A DNA stretch of 64,000 nt, from contig OZ252287.1 in assembly GCA_965250085.1 (NCBI GenBank), positions 1,024,001 through 1,088,000 on the forward strand, in the 5' to 3' direction. Both the position numbers and the translations under genes were made by a program. The DNA is from Candidatus Altimarinota bacterium (lineage in GTDB: Bacteria; Patescibacteriota; Gracilibacteria; CAIRYL01). Of the stretch, positions 49,593 through 58,399 are shown piece by piece (within the stretch, counting starts at the first letter, position 1; each line of letters begins with the position of its first letter). The notes beneath the pieces were generated by a model. The model made no database searches and was not told the DNA's origin. It saw only the letters and a program-made list of their open reading frames with translations.

Positions 49593-52500
49593 ATGGACAA
49601 AGCATACGACTCGCAGAAGCATGAAGATGTCATTTTCAAAAAATGGAAAGATTCCGGTGCGTTTCAGGCAACAGATCCAAAAAAATCAAAGACAGGAAAG
49701 TCATTTACTATTCCCTTGCCACCACCAAATGTAACAGGACAATTGCACCTGGGGCACGCTATCATGCTGGTGATAGAGGATATCATGTGTCGGTATCATC
49801 GCATGAAGGGGGATGCGGTACTCTGGGTGCCGGGGACGGATCATGCTTCTATTGCCACCGAAACGGTGGTACTCAAGAATCTGGAAATCAAAAACAGAGA
49901 TGAAGAGATCTCTCGTGAAAAATTTCTCAAAGAATGTGTGAAATGGACAAATTCCACACATGAAACCATCGTCAACCAGATCAAGCGCATGGGAGCTTCG
50001 TGTGACTGGACACGTGAGAGGTACACCATAGATATTGGCATGAGCAATGCGGTTAATACTATTTTTCATGATCTCTACACGGCAGGGCTGATCTATCAAG
50101 GGGAACGGATGATCAACTGGTCAGTAGGGGCACAAAGTGTACTTGCTGACGATGAATTAGAATGGGAAGAACGAGAAGAGATTTTCTATCATATTAAGTG
50201 CGGAGAATTTGTAATTGGCACGGTGCGTCCAGAAACAAAGTGCGCCGATTCACCGGTCGTTGTGAATCCGAAAGATAAGAGATATAAAACCCTTATTGGA
50301 CAAGAATTTGAAACAGAAACATACGCGGGCAAACGGAAGTTTTTTGTCCTTGCAGATGATCATATTGACCCAGAGTTTGGTTCTGGAGCCATGACCATTT
50401 CTACTGCACATGATGCCAATGATTTTGAAATGGCAAAGCGTCATAAGCTCCCGTTTCCTCGCAAAATCGATTTTGATGGACGCATGACTGATCTCGCCGG
50501 TCCGTGTGCTGGCATGACGGTGCTGGAGGCTCGCAAAAAATCAGTAGCAATCATGAAAGAAAAAGGACTTATCCTCAAAGAAGAGCCCTATGTTCACCGT
50601 GTGCCGCTGTGTTATCGCACGGGAACGGTAGTGGAACCTATGATCTCCAAACAATGGTTTGTTGATGTGAATAAAGAATTTCAGCATCCAATTCTCAAAA
50701 AAAAGACAACACTGAAGAAACTTACTGCGGATGCAGTGCGCAAAGGAGATGTCAAAATCATCCCTGAAAGATTTGAAAAACAGTATTTTCATTGGGTTGA
50801 TAACCTTCACGACTGGTGTATTTCACGCCAAATCTGGTGGGGTCATCGTATTCCGGTGTGGTATGAAGAAAGTAAGGAGTCTGGAGAGGGGAGTATGGAG
50901 AGAATACATCTAGCCCATAAGCAGCGTCTTCTTTTTGCACGTCACTCAGAATCTGAGGCAAATGTACAGAAAATGGTCACCGCACAAAATGACGTTCCTC
51001 TCACTCAAAAAGGGAGAAAGGAATCCGAACAACTCGCTCAAAAACTCAAAAAAGAAAAAAGCATCCAGCGCATCATTTCTTCTCCCCTTTCCCGAGCGAA
51101 AGAAACGGCTGATATCATTGGTTCGACCCTCGGAATACAAGTGGAAGTATGGGATGAAACCTCAGCCATTGATGCCGGAGAGGTCGCCGGCACACCAATT
51201 GATTTTACTCATTCCGTACTTGAGAGAATGCAGAAACAGAAAACGGGAGAGAGTATGAAAGATCTCGAAGTGAGGGCAAAAGAGTTTTGGAAAAAGATCT
51301 CAGATCTGGACCCTGCAGATGGAGATATTCTCATTGTGGGACATGGAGTGATGACAGCACTCATTTTTGCTGTGCGTGATGGAGTCCAGCCAAAGCATTT
51401 TCCTCATTTTTGGAAAGAGAGATGGAATGCTGACTCTGCAGAAGCATGGAAGATGGGCAATGGAGAGGTGCAAGAAACCACCTTCCTCATTCCTCCAAAA
51501 GGGAAAGACTTGCGACAAGATGAAGACACTCTCGACACGTGGTTTTCTTCGGCACTGTGGCCGTTTTCTACACTCGGTTGGCCAGATACGCAGAGTCCTG
51601 ATTTTCAAGATTTCTTTCCCACCTCAATCCTGGAGACCGGTCATGACATTATCACGCTCTGGGTTTCACGAATGATAATGACTTCTCTTTTTGCCACGGG
51701 AAAAGCACCCTTTCACACCGTATATCTGCACGGGATGGTATGTGATGAAAAAGGGAAAAAAATGTCCAAGTCCAAGGGGAATGGCATTGATCCTCTCCAA
51801 ATGATCGATCGATTTGGGACAGATGCGCTCAGAATGTCTATGGTGGTGGGATCAACTCCCGGGAACCCTATAAATCTGGGAGAAAAAAAGGTCGAGTCGT
51901 ATCGTAATTTTGCGAATAAATTGTGGAATGTGGCGAGGTTTATTCTGAACCAAAAAATCCCCCCTAGCCCCCCTTTACAAAAGGGGGGAATAAAACCAAA
52001 AACTCTTACGGAGAGATGGATTCTTTCGAAAACTCAGCGTCTGATTCAGGAAACTACAGAAGCTCTGGATTCACATCTCTACGGAGAGGCGGGGCAAAAG
52101 CTGTACGAATTTACTTGGAATGAACTGGCTGATTGGGCACTGGAAGCTTCAAAAGCCGATAACTCAAAAAACACTGCTGAGATTCTGAGATATGTTTTAC
52201 AAACCCTTCTCAAGCTCTTGCATCCATATGTCCCTTTTGTGACGGAAAAAATTTGGGAAGAAATCCCCCTTCCTCCTACGTCTCACTTCGGCGGACAGGC
52301 TAATCCCCCTTTACAAAAGGGGGAAGAAAAATCTCAAAGGCTTCTTGCGATGTCTGAATGGCCACGTTCAGAAAAGAAATTTGAAGATCTAAAATCTGAA
52401 AAAGAGTTTGAATTTCTCAAAGAGATCATTATAAAAATTCGATCTCTCAAAAATGAGAAAAAAATTGAAGCGAAAACAAAAATTGCAGTGCATTTCACGG

Positions 52501-52841
52501 GGAGGAACATAGAGATACTAAAAGAGAATGAAAAAATTCTTAATTTTATGGGAGGGCTTAAAGAAATTCACTATACAGAACCTGAGCAAGAATCCATCTC
52601 TGATTTTATACAGGGCACGAATGTTCTTCTCCTTTTCGAACGCGATATTGAAGCCGAAAAAAAACGCCTTCAAAAAGAGATTGCAGAAGCAGAAAAACTA
52701 TTTGCCAATCTTGAATCCAGACTCCAGAACAAAAAATATGTTTCTGGAGCACCAAAGCACTTGGTGGAAGAGACAAGAAATCAGAATAGAGAAATTTCGA
52801 CTAAAATAAGAGAGCTCAAAAAACAACACGCCCAATTATAG
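49593..52841 (+). CDS. valS: Valine--tRNA ligase with inserted histidine-phosphatase domain and two palindrome-derived peptides
   Basis: PPPNVTGQLHLGHA, DWCISRQIWWGH, DTLDTWFSS, KMSKS; insert LLFARHSESEAN..ISSPLSRAKETA..LIVGHG. Confidence 0.96.
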   Translation: MDKAYDSQKHEDVIFKKWKDSGAFQATDPKKSKTGKSFTIPLPPPNVTGQLHLGHAIMLVIEDIMCRYHRMKGDAVLWVPGTDHASIATETVVLKNLEIKNRDEEISREKFLKECVKWTNSTHETIVNQIKRMGASCDWTRERYTIDIGMSNAVNTIFHDLYTAGLIYQGERMINWSVGAQSVLADDELEWEEREEIFYHIKCGEFVIGTVRPETKCADSPVVVNPKDKRYKTLIGQEFETETYAGKRKFFVLADDHIDPEFGSGAMTISTAHDANDFEMAKRHKLPFPRKIDFDGRMTDLAGPCAGMTVLEARKKSVAIMKEKGLILKEEPYVHRVPLCYRTGTVVEPMISKQWFVDVNKEFQHPILKKKTTLKKLTADAVRKGDVKIIPERFEKQYFHWVDNLHDWCISRQIWWGHRIPVWYEESKESGEGSMERIHLAHKQRLLFARHSESEANVQKMVTAQNDVPLTQKGRKESEQLAQKLKKEKSIQRIISSPLSRAKETADIIGSTLGIQVEVWDETSAIDAGEVAGTPIDFTHSVLERMQKQKTGESMKDLEVRAKEFWKKISDLDPADGDILIVGHGVMTALIFAVRDGVQPKHFPHFWKERWNADSAEAWKMGNGEVQETTFLIPPKGKDLRQDEDTLDTWFSSALWPFSTLGWPDTQSPDFQDFFPTSILETGHDIITLWVSRMIMTSLFATGKAPFHTVYLHGMVCDEKGKKMSKSKGNGIDPLQMIDRFGTDALRMSMVVGSTPGNPINLGEKKVESYRNFANKLWNVARFILNQKIPPSPPLQKGGIKPKTLTERWILSKTQRLIQETTEALDSHLYGEAGQKLYEFTWNELADWALEASKADNSKNTAEILRYVLQTLLKLLHPYVPFVTEKIWEEIPLPPTSHFGGQANPPLQKGEEKSQRLLAMSEWPRSEKKFEDLKSEKEFEFLKEIIIKIRSLKNEKKIEAKTKIAVHFTGRNIEILKENEKILNFMGGLKEIHYTEPEQESISDFIQGTNVLLLFERDIEAEKKRLQKEIAEAEKLFANLESRLQNKKYVSGAPKHLVEETRNQNREISTKIRELKKQHAQL
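51954..51990. repeat. Tail-hairpin element in frame in valS (KIPPSPPLQKGG)
   Basis: AAAATCCCCCCTAG-CCCCCCTTTACAAAAGGGGGG. Confidence 0.88.
52261..52327. repeat. Tail-hairpin element in frame in valS with a nested ~30-bp insert
   Basis: AAATCCCCCT-[TCCTCCTACGTCTCACTTCGGCGGACAGG]-CTAATCCCCCTTTACAAAAGGGGGAAGA. Confidence 0.85.
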
Positions 52842-52918
52842 AAAATGGCTTTGCAAGGGAAAAAACCTTGAAAAATAGGTCTAAAAATGAGATAATGTGA
52901 TGATTTATTCCTTTTTTT

Positions 52919-55900
52919 GTGAATTTTTCTGAGTTTCATCGGCTTATTCACACTCATCCGCTCTATGATGCATCATCATTTTTCTATTCAAAAAGAATAC
53001 TTGCTGCTCATGCTTCTCAAAAAAAAACAGATGCACATGGAGCATCACCAGTGGATGAGGACAATCAATTGCAATCAGCGGAAGAACTTTCTGAATTTGA
53101 AAAAAAGAGACAGGATCGTGAAAAATCGAAAAATCAGGAGACACGCTCAAAAGTGCGATTTGTTCTTGATGGAGGAAAGAGTGCGGTAAATTCTGCTAAC
53201 ATCGGAAGCATAAGCCACTTAACAGATAGAGAACTCAAGAATGCCCTTAATCCAGATGAATATAAACGTGTTTCCGGTGCGAAAAAGGAGTATTTACAGC
53301 ATCAAAACCTCGATGAAGTTCTGCAAAAACTGAAAAAAGGAAAGAAGCTCACAACGGCAGAGACAAAACTCCTCACAAGTACTTCTGTGGCAGATGTAGT
53401 GAACGAGATAGAAGGAAAAGCACTCAAAAAGAAACTTTTTGATGCCTATTTTGGATGGATTGTTGGTCTTGCTGATAGTGAAGCACAAAGGAGTGATCGA
53501 CGAGTACTTAAGCTTGCCCGAGATGTAAAACCAGGGCTTTTGGCCGATGGCAGAATTAGTAAATATCGTTCGAGTCTGGAAATATGGAGACAAAGTGTAT
53601 TGGAGGATAGCAGAGAAAAGTTTATACGAGCACAGGAGGAAGTACGTACTAATATTCATCATCAGTTCGCAGTTGAAGAGATGGAAACAATTGATAATAA
53701 TTCTTCTGCAGAACTCACTGAAGAGCAGAGAGAAGAGAAAATGATGCAAATTATAAAAACAAAACTGGGAACAACAGCAGTGACTGAAGCCGGACGAATA
53801 GTACAGCAACGAAAACAAGAGGGGACATCACTTAAGAAACAAAATGAAGAACTCGCTATTATGATCCATCGAGAGAAGCAAAAAGAGCTTCAGGAACACT
53901 TTGAAGAAGGAACTTTTGACGCATTGGAATTTTTGGAGGCGTCACGAGAATTTCTCACCGAATATGCACAAATACTGCAACTGCCAGATCAAGAACAGCG
54001 TGATATAGCGGAACAGTACAGCATTTGGAAAGGGAAGCTCCATTTTGCAGCAGCAGTTTCTGCAGGTGACACAGATGAGCAGCTGAGGCTTATCCGAAAG
54101 CTTTCAGAACACCACAAGAAATGGCCAGAAGATTTTACAGTGTTGTCAGAGTTTGGCGAAGATTTGTTTCGCAAGCTACATGCACAGAAGCAAGATATAC
54201 TGAACAAAACAGGGAATTTTGAGGGAATTCCCGATCTTGAGGATTTACCGGGATTTCAAAACTTAGATGCAAAACAACAGGATTTGTTCCTCTTTGTTCT
54301 TGGTTCTGCAAATTCTCGGGGATCTGTTGAAGAGCGTATTACAGAGCAAATCTTTGGAAGACAAGGCGGAACCTTTGAAGGACAGCTCTCTGAACGAGAA
54401 AGAGAGATTTTGGCACAGTCATTGGAACAAAATATGACGTGGGAACAGTTAGAAGAGGCTGCTGGAAAACTGGGAGGGGAAAGGATAAGAAGCGATATTC
54501 AGGAGGTACGAACTGAGCTTATTCAGATAGAACAAAAGGTGAAGGAACTCAGCAACAATGGAGTAGAAGTAGCTCTTTTGGAGAAATGCCTCGCTAATAC
54601 TCAAAGATCAGCATCTCAAGGTATGGATACCGCGGCACTTCTGAGTTCTGAGGACTCTGTCCGGGAATTTCGAACACAACTCAAAGAGTATGCAAAAACA
54701 ACAGGGAGTAGTTCTCAAGAAATGCGCCGTCGCGCAGCACAAGGGCTTCCCAGTTTAGGGAATACATTACGAAGCTTTCGGAGAATTCAGGATCAGCTTG
54801 GCCAAGCAGTACTCTCTAGTCAGCAGGAAGGCGGGAATGCATTTGCGCAGAGACTGATAGATCAAATTGTCAGGCCCATCAATCTTTCAGGCCAAGCTCT
54901 GAGTGTACGAGAGGGTTCTCGAAGGAGAAAGGAAGCAGCCAAGCATTCGTACGAACATATGATTCAGGCAAATGGGGGGAAGCTCTATGGACTTTTGGAA
55001 CAACTCAAAAATGGAGGCAATATCACTCCTGTATTTGAAAAATTGCAACAGCTCTCTTTTGGACAATCTAACGAGTCATTTGTAGTGGTAATTCCAGACA
55101 AAAAATTTGTGAGTCGCTATGAAGATACCAATATTTCTGATACAGGCTTTGTATTTTCAGAACGCAAAGGGATTCCACAAATTGTTATTAAGCAAGGAAT
55201 ATATGATGCTCTCATCCATGGCGATGACCTGGAAGAAACAATAAAACGTGGTCTTGAACATGAAATTTATCACACACAAGCCAGACACTTAGTACCACAA
55301 CTCTTCCTTGCTCTCGGAAAAGAAGGGAAGTCTTTTTTAGAAGCAGAGCTCAAAAAAATCTATGGAAAGAAGAAGACGGAGGGAAGGTGGTTCAAGAAAG
55401 GTCTCAAGTCTACAGATATGGCGGAAGAATTCATCGCTTCTGCCCTTGCAGGAGGATATGATGCAGATTTTACAGCTTTACAAAGTGAAGTAATGCAGCG
55501 CATGGGTGCTGATGCCTGGAAAAATATTACAGATATCAATCAGGAAAACTTTATTCGAAATTTGCAGCTGAGCATCCATGAGGGAAGCACACGAGTAGCG
55601 GGAGAAACAGCGGATCTTTTATTTGAATCTAATCCTAAGAAAATTCTGGATCCGAAACAGGACAGAACATCTTTTATTTTGGAAAAGTATCAACAGAAGA
55701 GAAAGTATATTGATACCAAGCTGGGACATGTGCGCAAAATGCATAATATAACAGGAAAAGAAGAATTTATTCAGAGTATTGAAGAAAATATTTCGGATAT
55801 GGACGGACTGATACAGATGCCCACAGACGAGAACCTGAAGGAAGCAGAAGAGGTTTTCAACGAGTTGGACCAAGCAATGGACACCGCACTCTCAAAAGTA

Positions 55901-57643
55901 GCGGGAAAGGAAACGGAAGAATTGGGATATATGAGAGATCTTTTGGATAATACAACATTTCTTTCTCTAGCAGATATTGGACAAATATGGACCACTTTTA
56001 GTGATTTTATGGCCAGACGTCATGAGCGAAAATCTAAAAGGAGGTCTGGCGAAGTAGGAAAAGGGCTCACTGCAAAGACGTACAGAACTCTCTCTGGAGA
56101 ATACGACAAAGAAGTCCAATCCGCGGAAAAGGAAGAAGTAAGCAAGTATCAAGAAGCCCATGATAATAAAGATGCCTGGGAAATCTACGAAGTTATTGAC
56201 CGTACGAGTAATCCGGATGAATTTAAAGCGGCCATGAGGATACTGGCAGACAAAGGTCGTATTGAATGGACAAAAAAAGAAATTTGGAAGGCACTCCAGA
56301 GACTTGGCGCAGGAGTACGGTTTTATAAAAAGGATGCATATAACCAGAGTGCTCTGGCTATAAAAATGCAACGGGCATTTGCACACCTATATGACAATGA
56401 TGAATATAGAGATCTGATGCAAAAAAATCGCGATAATTATGACTCCAAAAGAGAATCATTTACCAAAGAAGCAGATGAAGATATTGAAATATTGACAGAA
56501 GTCACCAGAGATATGCTGGTGGAGCATCGCCGTACCGGCCGTGTAGAACCGCCTCGATATGAGGCATATATTGATCTCATGATTACTAAAGGAAAGGCTT
56601 CGCCTGAGAGAGCAATGTACTACATTATCATGGGAGTAGCAGAGGGACTGCTGACCAAAGAAAGAGCTACCTGGTTTGATTCCAAGCGTTTGAACGATGT
56701 TCCGTTGCTCCAAAAATTCTTTCAGCCCACTCCGACCATTGACGAATTCCGACAGTGGGGTGAAATGTTTCACACTGATAATGGTGTCATGCCACAGGCA
56801 TTCATCGAATGGATACACTATGATGTCCAGCTTCACAGTTGGGTTTTGGATCGAACACTTAAAGAGGCATCAGCAAAAAAGTGGGATCATGACTTTATGC
56901 AAAATATTGCGGCTATTGGGAATGCAAAAATGGCAGAAACAATAACTGGTACGGATAATGACGGGGTTCCAAATTTCCGAGCAACCGCATATCCAAATGT
57001 AATGGTAGGAATTCTCCAGCACTTTGGAGTACTCTGGCGACACAAAAGTAAAATTAACGATGCACAGTTTCGTTCAGAAATAGCCAGACAAATCGGATAT
57101 TTTACTTCCTTGGAAGGACATTTAAAAGGACGTGTAAACAACAGAAATAACCATTATAAGATTTCTGCCTCTGAGCTCAAACGCCGTCCCCGAATGATAA
57201 GTGGTGAATTTGTTCCCGAAACACTAGGAACAGATTTTATGGGTGGAAGCCGAGATATTGTGAAGGCAATCGATCCAGAATTTTTTAATATTCTGTTTAA
57301 TGATCAATATATTGGTACTGAGGAATTGGAGAATAAGAATTTTGAAGAAAATGTAAAGCCATATATTGAGACTCATTTTTCTGATGTACTTGCAAAAAAG
57401 AAAATTCCAATGCCCACCACGATGCATCAGGTATATGTAGAATTTGTAGAAGAGCTGGTAAAATATAAAATTGACCCAGATCCAAGAACAGGGGTGGGAA
57501 AAAAAGAAGCAGATAAAAATCTTGAGGTCATTATGAATGCTATTCCGGAAGCAATGAGAAAAATGAATGCGAGGCAGTATTATGAGAGGGATTATAATCT
57601 TGATAAAAAAACGACATCTGACAAACAAGAGAAGACAGCCTAA
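52919..57643 (+). CDS. Large hypothetical protein with central zincin-like HExxH motif
   Basis: 1574 aa, mostly helical; GLEHEIYH followed by AEEFIA; promoter TTGAAA-17-GATAAT at 52868-52896. Confidence 0.75.
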   Translation: MNFSEFHRLIHTHPLYDASSFFYSKRILAAHASQKKTDAHGASPVDEDNQLQSAEELSEFEKKRQDREKSKNQETRSKVRFVLDGGKSAVNSANIGSISHLTDRELKNALNPDEYKRVSGAKKEYLQHQNLDEVLQKLKKGKKLTTAETKLLTSTSVADVVNEIEGKALKKKLFDAYFGWIVGLADSEAQRSDRRVLKLARDVKPGLLADGRISKYRSSLEIWRQSVLEDSREKFIRAQEEVRTNIHHQFAVEEMETIDNNSSAELTEEQREEKMMQIIKTKLGTTAVTEAGRIVQQRKQEGTSLKKQNEELAIMIHREKQKELQEHFEEGTFDALEFLEASREFLTEYAQILQLPDQEQRDIAEQYSIWKGKLHFAAAVSAGDTDEQLRLIRKLSEHHKKWPEDFTVLSEFGEDLFRKLHAQKQDILNKTGNFEGIPDLEDLPGFQNLDAKQQDLFLFVLGSANSRGSVEERITEQIFGRQGGTFEGQLSEREREILAQSLEQNMTWEQLEEAAGKLGGERIRSDIQEVRTELIQIEQKVKELSNNGVEVALLEKCLANTQRSASQGMDTAALLSSEDSVREFRTQLKEYAKTTGSSSQEMRRRAAQGLPSLGNTLRSFRRIQDQLGQAVLSSQQEGGNAFAQRLIDQIVRPINLSGQALSVREGSRRRKEAAKHSYEHMIQANGGKLYGLLEQLKNGGNITPVFEKLQQLSFGQSNESFVVVIPDKKFVSRYEDTNISDTGFVFSERKGIPQIVIKQGIYDALIHGDDLEETIKRGLEHEIYHTQARHLVPQLFLALGKEGKSFLEAELKKIYGKKKTEGRWFKKGLKSTDMAEEFIASALAGGYDADFTALQSEVMQRMGADAWKNITDINQENFIRNLQLSIHEGSTRVAGETADLLFESNPKKILDPKQDRTSFILEKYQQKRKYIDTKLGHVRKMHNITGKEEFIQSIEENISDMDGLIQMPTDENLKEAEEVFNELDQAMDTALSKVAGKETEELGYMRDLLDNTTFLSLADIGQIWTTFSDFMARRHERKSKRRSGEVGKGLTAKTYRTLSGEYDKEVQSAEKEEVSKYQEAHDNKDAWEIYEVIDRTSNPDEFKAAMRILADKGRIEWTKKEIWKALQRLGAGVRFYKKDAYNQSALAIKMQRAFAHLYDNDEYRDLMQKNRDNYDSKRESFTKEADEDIEILTEVTRDMLVEHRRTGRVEPPRYEAYIDLMITKGKASPERAMYYIIMGVAEGLLTKERATWFDSKRLNDVPLLQKFFQPTPTIDEFRQWGEMFHTDNGVMPQAFIEWIHYDVQLHSWVLDRTLKEASAKKWDHDFMQNIAAIGNAKMAETITGTDNDGVPNFRATAYPNVMVGILQHFGVLWRHKSKINDAQFRSEIARQIGYFTSLEGHLKGRVNNRNNHYKISASELKRRPRMISGEFVPETLGTDFMGGSRDIVKAIDPEFFNILFNDQYIGTEELENKNFEENVKPYIETHFSDVLAKKKIPMPTTMHQVYVEFVEELVKYKIDPDPRTGVGKKEADKNLEVIMNAIPEAMRKMNARQYYERDYNLDKKTTSDKQEKTA

Positions 57644-57679
57644 TGCTTTCTTTTTCGTCTTTATTATATCCACTCAATT

Positions 57680-57841
57680 CTATTTTCCAGATTTCACGAT
57701 CGCCTCCCGAATTGCCTTCTGGCGTTCCGATTGCTGCACTCTTCCTTTTGCCTTATTGGCACGTTTTGAAATTGAAGATTTGGGTCTCATACGAGGAGCG
57801 CGATGCAGACCATGTTGCCGTGAATTTGCCCTATTAGACAT
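57680..57841 (-). CDS. Small highly basic protein (53 aa, below the ORF-track cutoff)
   Basis: MSNRANSRQHGLHRAPRMRPKSSISKRANKAKGRVQQSERQKAIREAIVKSGK; fills the gap convergent with the large ORF. Confidence 0.55.
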   Translation of the reverse strand: MSNRANSRQHGLHRAPRMRPKSSISKRANKAKGRVQQSERQKAIREAIVKSGK

Positions 57842-57907
57842 AAGTTAATTGATTGAAAGCCGGAAGATTGTGGCAGGAATCATCACAGAAAACAAGGGAA
57901 ACGGAGT

Positions 57908-58017
57908 CAATTATCAATTTACAATGTACAATTACGAATGAAAAATTTAAGAAAATATGAAGTGAGCAAACAATAAGTAACAAGTAACAAGTCAGCAAGC
58001 AGGTAAGAAGTAAGTAT
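57908..58017. repeat. Degenerate heptamer repeat blocks
   Basis: caattat caattta caatgta caattac, and taagtaa caagtaa caagtca gcaagca. Confidence 0.6.
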
Positions 58018-58288
58018 TCGACACACAGTACTCAGTTCCTCATCAGTATTTTTTTATTCATATTCATAATTCGTAACTTGCTACTTGTAACTCATGATAT
58101 TGTCCCCCTCTTTGGAAATTTAAAAAATATATACACGCTTTTTGCTCCAAGCTCCTTTCTCCTGACTCTCAGAAGTAATATTTTACCACCCCCATAAAGA
58201 TAAAAAGTGATTAGTTTTAAAAGTTCTGCTCTCATTTTTTCCTCTTCATTTTGTGAATGGCTCGTCAAATGATTTTTTGAAAAATTTT

Positions 58289-58343
58289 TTGACCAACACA
58301 AAATATGGGGGTACTATCAGGTGGTCGACACAACATGTACCCT
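58289..58343 (+). promoter_or_regulatory. nrdJ promoter with tandem NrdR boxes
   Basis: TTGACC-17-TACTAT; ACACAAAATATGGGGG (58296) and ACACAACATGTACCCT (58328), 32 bp apart, resembling acaCwAtATaTwGtg. Confidence 0.75.
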
Positions 58344-58399
58344 TTTTTAGGGCGCTTGTGCTTCTTTGCCCCCTTTAATGTTCTTTTAATTTTCCCCTT

